Shown piece by piece: positions 58,755-64,000 of a stretch of 64,000 bases of DNA; position 1 is the first letter of the stretch; each line of letters opens with the position of its first letter. Below the pieces are notes generated by a model. It was not told where the DNA came from and ran no database searches. It saw nothing but the letters and a program-made list of their open reading frames with translations. Position numbers and translations under genes: made by a program. Source of the DNA: a virus. The stretch covers positions 1 to 64,000 of IMG/VR virus record IMGVR_UViG_3300042544_003795; one strand, 5' to 3'.

Positions 58755-59171
58755 TTATCTGCAACAAAATACTAAAGCTTTTGGGTATTTCTTGCAAGCC
58801 TGTAAATATTCGCAAACAAATGGAACAAAATCTGTATATATTCCCCACCCATTAGGAGCGCTCCATTTTTCAAAATGCTCAGGTCTCATTTCTAAATCTT
58901 CTAATCCTTTTTCTAAATAGGGGATAAGCTCTTGAGCTAGTATTACAGCTTTACTCTCGTATTCATACTCTTCATCGAGACCAGACTTAATATAGTCATC
59001 TCTTAGCCTGTATGGACGCCAAAGAGTTTCGTAAATACCCGCCTCACTAGCCATTTTACCTAAATTATGGGTAATATTACAACGGTAAACCTCTTCATAG
59101 AACTCTTGCCATGTTTTACAGTCATCTTCACTAACATGTTTTTTAATCTTTAATGTAATATCTAAGCTCAT
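58755..59171 (-). CDS. Conserved phage hypothetical protein
   Basis: MSLD, NITHNL..MA..AG, P.NGWG.Y motifs. Confidence 0.75.
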   Translation of the reverse strand: MSLDITLKIKKHVSEDDCKTWQEFYEEVYRCNITHNLGKMASEAGIYETLWRPYRLRDDYIKSGLDEEYEYESKAVILAQELIPYLEKGLEDLEMRPEHFEKWSAPNGWGIYTDFVPFVCEYLQACKKYPKALVFCCR

Positions 59172-59286
59172 ATTATTATTGTTTTATTATTGTAATATGT
59201 ATTCACCTGCGACTTTGATTTAAAAGTCGCGCTTTAATGTACCTTTGTATCTTTAAAAGATACCTTTATGAGCAAATTCCATAATT

Positions 59287-59556
59287 TCATCGCCATTCAG
59301 AATCCACGCTTAAATTTGCATTCAATGGGTTACTATGTTTAAGATAATTAATTGTAGCCGCAATTTCCAAGATTCCATCCATAGGTACATTACTTCCTAC
59401 AAGATAATTAGCAATCCAAGCGTATTCTTCTCCTAATAGATTAATACATTTTTTATAACGTAATTTTTCATCAGAAAGGCTAGTGACCTCTTGGATAAAA
59501 TTAAGAAAATAAGTTCCTTCTTTATCGTATATAACAGTCATAAATTCGTTAGTCAT
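59287..59556 (-). CDS. Hypothetical protein
   Basis: 89 aa ORF. Confidence 0.55.
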   Translation of the reverse strand: MTNEFMTVIYDKEGTYFLNFIQEVTSLSDEKLRYKKCINLLGEEYAWIANYLVGSNVPMDGILEIAATINYLKHSNPLNANLSVDSEWR

Positions 59557-59557
59557 A

Positions 59558-59992
59558 TTAAAGTTTGTTTTGTTCTAATTTTTTATTGAGAATATCACTC
59601 AACTCCTCCGAGTTTTCGTACATATTACCTATAACTTCCATATCCTCAAATAAAAGATGATTTAAATTGAGGAATCTACATACATTATACCCCATTTCTG
59701 ACTCATCGTATCTAACTACAATAAAACCATCTTCAGAAAACTTTAAAATGTCTCCTTCCCATATATATACGCCATTCTTATCTTTATTATTAGTACAAAC
59801 CTGTACTTCATAATGGCCACAAGAATCTATAAATACTTGCCCTTTTATATCCACTGGGATATGCCTTACTTTTTCCAAATCTTCATCACAACATGCTTCA
59901 AATACCCCTCCCGAAAAGAACTTTACCCAATTAGGATAAAACATTTTATGTTCATTTTTAGACCAAATACGGAATTTTGGGGCAGATAGCAT
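59558..59992 (-). CDS. YopX-family protein
   Basis: KFRIW, DKNG..IWEGDIL, EVIGN.YEN.E. Confidence 0.85.
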   Translation of the reverse strand: MLSAPKFRIWSKNEHKMFYPNWVKFFSGGVFEACCDEDLEKVRHIPVDIKGQVFIDSCGHYEVQVCTNNKDKNGVYIWEGDILKFSEDGFIVVRYDESEMGYNVCRFLNLNHLLFEDMEVIGNMYENSEELSDILNKKLEQNKL

Positions 59993-60377
59993 ATATTATA
60001 TAGAGTAGAGAGAAGACAACCAGCAAAAAAGCAAAATATTAAAGAAAATCAAAAAGAAAAACAAAGATACCTTTAAATACTCATTGTCTCTAAATGGTTT
60101 AATAAGTTTTAGTCCTCTCTTTTTCATTTTAAATTAAAGTATAAGAGTAATCCTCCACTAATGAGGATAAAGATCATTAAGATATACCCAGCTAAATAAA
60201 CCCCCCCATGAGGAGGCTTAGATGGTTCATTGGATTTATTTAGAAACATAATTTTAGTAAGGAAATGCCGGAAAGGCAACCAATTACGAAAAATAATAAT
60301 AAAATCATGAAAGCTACTAGTTTTGTGCCTCCATCATTATTATTTGGGTCATTATAGAATGTGCTCATAAAGTTATA

Positions 60378-60653
60378 TTAGTAGTCTAAATCGAAAAAGC
60401 AAGGTTTAATTTCATTTTCATGGCAAGAATATGCCTTTACTAGGAAATTATAAGCGGATTTCAAGTGGCAGAATGGCACAAGACCTCTTTCCATCTCTAA
60501 ACTTGTCAAATACCATACTGGCGGAGAGTTTTTATGCAAAGACACTCTTTTAAAACAAATTCTAGTTAAACTTAAGTGGTCATTAGTGAAAATAAAATCT
60601 TCTCCTTTCACTTCGAATTTATATCTTACTCCAGATAAAGTGGCGTAACTCAT
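60378..60653 (-). CDS. Hypothetical protein
   Basis: 91 aa ORF. Confidence 0.55.
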   Translation of the reverse strand: MSYATLSGVRYKFEVKGEDFIFTNDHLSLTRICFKRVSLHKNSPPVWYLTSLEMERGLVPFCHLKSAYNFLVKAYSCHENEIKPCFFDLDY

Positions 60654-60657
60654 ATTA

Positions 60658-60858
60658 TTATTTAGTGTGATCCATTAAAACTGTCAAAACATGATTGTAA
60701 TCTCCACTCAAACAATCTTTTAATACTGATTCAATTTCTTCTTTTGATCTTCCTTGTTTAATAGCCGCTTTACCAAATGAATCTAAAAGAGAATCTGTGT
60801 TGCCAGACCTAAACACAATTTGCATTTTTACTCGTTCGCAGTGTTTTTTCCTATTCAT
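60658..60858 (-). CDS. Conserved small phage protein
   Basis: GN...L......A..KQG...EEI..V.....SGDY.H.L. Confidence 0.65.
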   Translation of the reverse strand: MNRKKHCERVKMQIVFRSGNTDSLLDSFGKAAIKQGRSKEEIESVLKDCLSGDYNHVLTVLMDHTK

Positions 60859-60878
60859 TTTTTAAACTTTAGTAAAAT

Positions 60879-60954
60879 TGGTCCCCCCGCAGAGAATTGA
60901 ACTCTGTTCACCGGTTTATGAAACCGGGGCTTTAAACCAATAAGCAACAGGGGA
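60879..60954 (-). tRNA. tRNA-CAU (probably Ile2; Met not excluded)
   Basis: Cloverleaf, anticodon arm CCGGT-TTCATAA-ACCGG, GTTCAATTC T-loop, encoded CCA. Confidence 0.85.
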
Positions 60955-60993
60955 ATAAAATTCTTTAATACCTTAAGGCATTTTTTTTGATTG

Positions 60994-61617
60994 TCAAGCT
61001 TTTTTTAACTTTTCTAAGTATTTTTTCTTCACAACCTTCTCCACATTCGTTTTTTCCTTGATCTGTGGTAGTAGTACCATCCTAATCCAATTTCGTCTCC
61101 TTGTCAAGTCCAAATTTAAAGGATCTTCTGCAATAAATTTTGTTAAATCGTTTCTTTTAAGAAAATTATTGATTTCATCCTTAGAATTCAGAATAAAAGG
61201 CCTAATTACTTTAGTTTTGCCAAATGTAGTTTCTAATGGGATAGGCAAATATTCATTTTTACCATTAAAACAGTTCATTAGATAACTCTCAGTTGCCTCA
61301 CTTAAATTGTGGCAAGTGATTAAGACTCCACCTAAATCTTTAAACCAATCATATCTCTGCTTTCTGCACCAGTCTTCGGTACTACCTTTACTATATTTAT
61401 CATTAGAATAGCCGATTTCAATATCAAAATTAAACTTTTCTGCGAAAAATCTACACTTTTCTTCAATTTCATCATCTTCTTTGCAGAATTTATGATTAAA
61501 ATGTTTTAGAAGAGGTTTTTTATGCCTTAAATAAAAAGCTGCCGCAATACTATCAGCGCCTCCAGAAAAAGCAATCTGAAGGTTTTCTGATTTATTTTTA
61601 TTGAGATAGCTGATCAT
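60994..61617 (-). CDS. tilS: tRNA(Ile)-lysidine synthetase-like protein, catalytic domain only
   Basis: SGGADS PP-loop, HFNH, E..CR..RY, CHN..E..ES.LM, IRP, DPLN.....RNWIR. Confidence 0.85.
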   Translation of the reverse strand: MISYLNKNKSENLQIAFSGGADSIAAAFYLRHKKPLLKHFNHKFCKEDDEIEEKCRFFAEKFNFDIEIGYSNDKYSKGSTEDWCRKQRYDWFKDLGGVLITCHNLSEATESYLMNCFNGKNEYLPIPLETTFGKTKVIRPFILNSKDEINNFLKRNDLTKFIAEDPLNLDLTRRRNWIRMVLLPQIKEKTNVEKVVKKKYLEKLKKA

Positions 61618-61635
61618 TTTTTAAAAAAATAAAGA

Positions 61636-61709
61636 TGGAGGCTCATGACAGAATTGAACTGCCCTCTCAGGTTTACAAAACCTGTGCATCACCACAATGC
61701 TTATAAGCC
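61636..61709 (-). tRNA. tRNA-Thr(UGU)
   Basis: GGCTTAT/ATGAGCC acceptor stem, CAGGT-TTTGTAA-ACCTG anticodon arm, CCA. Confidence 0.85.
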
Positions 61710-61744
61710 ATTTTTTTATTTACTAAAATTAACTGGAAAAAATA

Positions 61745-62215
61745 TTAACATAAAGAAAATTGTTTAGATGATTTCTTTGAGTAAAATAACTTTATTTTAC
61801 TTTTTAAGATTTCTTTTTCCACTTCCGCATGACAATTAGCACACAAAAGAATGCATTTTTTAGCCTCAGCCTTCAGATTTTCTAAGCTATAAGCAGATTC
61901 GCTAATTTCAAATTCTTTTTGAGAAGGGTCAATATGATGAAATTGTAAGGCTGAATCACATTTATTATAAAAACAAACAGAACATTTGTTTCCATGTATT
62001 TCTAATAACTCCTTTCTATTGTTGTTTTTCCTTAGACTCTTCCTTACAGACTGGCATTTAATACATTTGATTTTATATTTACTAGAATATGTAAATTCTG
62101 TATATCCATGCTTTTCACAGTATTCTTCGCTCCTATGGCCTCGTTCATATTCGACCTGTTCGGTTTCCTTACCGATAGAAGAAAAGAAAGAAAAAAACAG
62201 TTGCAAACATCTCAT
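61745..62215 (-). CDS. HNH endonuclease within the tRNA cluster (start uncertain)
   Basis: CSVC...ALQFHHIDP..KEF...KCILLCANCHAE. Confidence 0.8.
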   Translation of the reverse strand: MRCLQLFFSFFSSIGKETEQVEYERGHRSEEYCEKHGYTEFTYSSKYKIKCIKCQSVRKSLRKNNNRKELLEIHGNKCSVCFYNKCDSALQFHHIDPSQKEFEISESAYSLENLKAEAKKCILLCANCHAEVEKEILKSKIKLFYSKKSSKQFSLC

Positions 62216-62235
62216 TCCGTCGAAAAATTTAAAAT

Positions 62236-62310
62236 TGGCTCCTGAGGTAGGGTTCGAACCTACGACCTAGTGATTAACAGTCACCCGCTCTGCCACTGAG
62301 CTACTCAGGA
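62236..62310 (-). tRNA. tRNA-Asn(GUU)
   Basis: TCCTGAG TAGCTCAGTGGCAGAGC...CTGTTAA...GTTCGAAC...CCA. Confidence 0.95.
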
Positions 62311-62334
62311 TTATAAAAAAATTATTAGAATAAA

Positions 62335-62910
62335 CTATTTTCTTTTCAAGAAAACCATGCCGTTATTATTCGCATTTATTGAATTAATTTCCCAATGAGG
62401 ATTTTCAATTAGAAATTCTTGAATAGCTGGAATCAAACCGTATTTCTTAGATCCTCCTTCTTCATATCTCAAACCTTGATCTCCATACGCTGAAGAGTCT
62501 CTAAAACCGAAAGTTACTGTATCATGAAATGCTAAATATTTTTTAGCTTTATTACCGTGTTTCTTTAATTCTAATTTTAATTGTAAATAGCTATGCTCTG
62601 TATCAATGAATATAAAATCCACTTCTGGTATTTCTAGATTTAAAGAAGATCCAATTATATGCTCATATTCAGTTCCTTGTTCAGCACATAATTCTTTCAA
62701 GTACTCTGATCCTTCAAAAGGAAGAATATCTATACTAATTAGTATTTTAGGTTTCGCATATGCAAGAGCATAAATAGAAACGCCGTCTTGAGTTCCCATT
62801 TCAATGACACTTTCACATTCCTTAGCATATTTAAACAAAAATGGTAAATGTTCATTTATTTCGCTAGGAATATTACATTTTTCCAAATAGTAATTTTGCA
62901 AATAACTCAT
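62335..62910 (-). CDS. Class I SAM methyltransferase (Methyltransf_24-like)
   Basis: VIEMG..DG.S, DFIFIDTEHSY, FHDT. Confidence 0.8.
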   Translation of the reverse strand: MSYLQNYYLEKCNIPSEINEHLPFLFKYAKECESVIEMGTQDGVSIYALAYAKPKILISIDILPFEGSEYLKELCAEQGTEYEHIIGSSLNLEIPEVDFIFIDTEHSYLQLKLELKKHGNKAKKYLAFHDTVTFGFRDSSAYGDQGLRYEEGGSKKYGLIPAIQEFLIENPHWEINSINANNNGMVFLKRK

Positions 62911-62931
62911 AAAGGATCTTTATTTAAACAA

Positions 62932-63144
62932 TTATTCAGCTTTAGCAGCCAATTTGGCGGCTTTTCGCTCGTTTTTCTCGTCAGCGATTAGTTTGCGACA
63001 AATTTTTGCATTTGTAATAATTTCTTGCAAAGCCTTTCGAGCACGAGTGCTAGATGCGCCATTGCCAGATTCAAATTTTGAGTATTCATTTAGAGCGATG
63101 ACTAAATTTTCGTTAATTAGAGTTAATGAAGTATTTGGATTCAT
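62932..63144 (-). CDS. Histone H1-like Hc1-family protein
   Basis: KFESGN.ASSTRARKALQEI...AK..RK.I. Confidence 0.7.
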   Translation of the reverse strand: MNPNTSLTLINENLVIALNEYSKFESGNGASSTRARKALQEIITNAKICRKLIADEKNERKAAKLAAKAE

Positions 63145-63174
63145 ATTGTTTTATGATTGTGTTATTTATATGTT

Positions 63175-63420
63175 CTAAATGCCATTCCGTTTCTTTAAAT
63201 TTTCAGTATATCTATCTAAAATATCATTAAATTGAATACGAGCCTCATTGTGATCCTCTTTAATTCGCTTTAATTCTTTGTCAAGATGAGAAAGTATTGT
63301 TTGTTTTTCAATATATTCATAAATTAAAGCTTGATGTGTATCAATCCAAAATAAATCGTTATTCATGTTAATGAATACCACTGTATGAGATTTTGTCAAG
63401 TTTTTTTTAAAAAACTTCAT
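63175..63420 (-). CDS. Hypothetical protein
   Basis: 81 aa ORF. Confidence 0.5.
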   Translation of the reverse strand: MKFFKKNLTKSHTVVFINMNNDLFWIDTHQALIYEYIEKQTILSHLDKELKRIKEDHNEARIQFNDILDRYTENLKKRNGI

Positions 63421-63629
63421 AATTGTCCATCTCCATTTCCATCTCCGAACCCTTCACCATCTCCGAATCCTTCTCCTCTCCCCCCTCCATTACCATCCCC
63501 CTCCGCTCCTCCATACCCTTCCCCGTCACCATTTCCATACCCATCTCCGTCACCATTTGCCTCTCCATACCCATCGTCTAAATCTACAAAATAATTAAAC
63601 AAATGATTTCCAATTAGTAATTTCTTCAT
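63417..63629 (-). CDS. Gly-rich (GxG)n small protein
   Basis: GYGEANGDGDGYGNG repeats. Confidence 0.6.
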   Translation of the reverse strand: MKKLLIGNHLFNYFVDLDDGYGEANGDGDGYGNGDGEGYGGAEGDGNGGGRGEGFGDGEGFGDGNGDGQL

Positions 63630-63669
63630 AAATAAAATTTAAAGACCACACAAACTTTCAGTAATTTCT

Positions 63670-63906
63670 TTATTCTTCTTCATCGTAACCCCCTCCACTA
63701 CCATGACCGCTCCCATTTGCACATCCAGATCCCGCATGACCAACCCCGTTTCCAGATCCAAATCCGTCTCCAGTGCCAGCACCATACGCAATCCCAACAC
63801 CATACCCAGCTCCAGATCCGCTGCCAGATCCATAACCAGAACCTTTCGTGAACCTAGGTACACCCGGCGACACGCACATTTGATGAATATTCACTGATTT
63901 TCCCAT
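63670..63906 (-). CDS. Gly-rich (GxG)n small protein
   Basis: GSGYGSGSGSGAGYG repeats. Confidence 0.6.
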   Translation of the reverse strand: MGKSVNIHQMCVSPGVPRFTKGSGYGSGSGSGAGYGVGIAYGAGTGDGFGSGNGVGHAGSGCANGSGHGSGGGYDEEE

Positions 63907-64000
63907 GTTTTTACCCAGTTTCCTTTTCCAAATCCACTTCCATCACCTGACCCATCACCATATCCAGATCCAACATTCACTGGGTATGACTCCCCTTCGT

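Noticed and set aside
63385-63897. Pro/Ser-rich plus-strand ORFs and the 63639-63863 alternative frame
   Set aside because: Shadows of the Gly-rich genes
1-64000. Alternative genetic code (stop recoding)
   Set aside because: Core genes are intact in code 11, with TAA, TAG and TGA all used as stops; no suppressor tRNA seen

Overview
A 64-kb segment of a large, AT-rich tailed-phage (Caudoviricetes-like) genome; host unknown. 1-28.7 kb is the late/structural arm: collagen-like fibre, putative head-tail proteins, major capsid, protease/scaffold, lysis cassette, PhoH, a sigma-like factor, ERCC4 nuclease, TerL, portal, then glycosyltransferase/SET/phosphoesterase genes. Late genes share an RGTGTAW-N8-ATG motif. 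28.9-45.8 kb is the standout: a GC-richer array of about 20 single-gene cassettes. Each has its own near-leaderless sigma70-type promoter and is separated by a stereotyped module: a pair of 15-bp palindromes TAG(G/A)GGAWTCCCCTA with a 15-bp spacer found in both orientations, outward TTGAC hexamers, and strand-polarised 17-bp TGTTACACCATG repeats. Four 73-bp/49-bp satellite arrays punctuate it. Cargo includes several shuffled paralog families, a secreted lysozyme, a solo RuvB-like ATPase and a GP88-like gene. On the minus strand the 17-bp repeat reproduces the late-promoter geometry and encodes Met-Val-stop. 45.8-64 kb holds small minus-strand early/middle genes, an outer-membrane beta-barrel, a TilS-like gene next to a tRNA-CAU, tRNA-Thr, tRNA-Asn, an HNH and Hc1. 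All calls come from manual reading and motif recognition; no searches were run.
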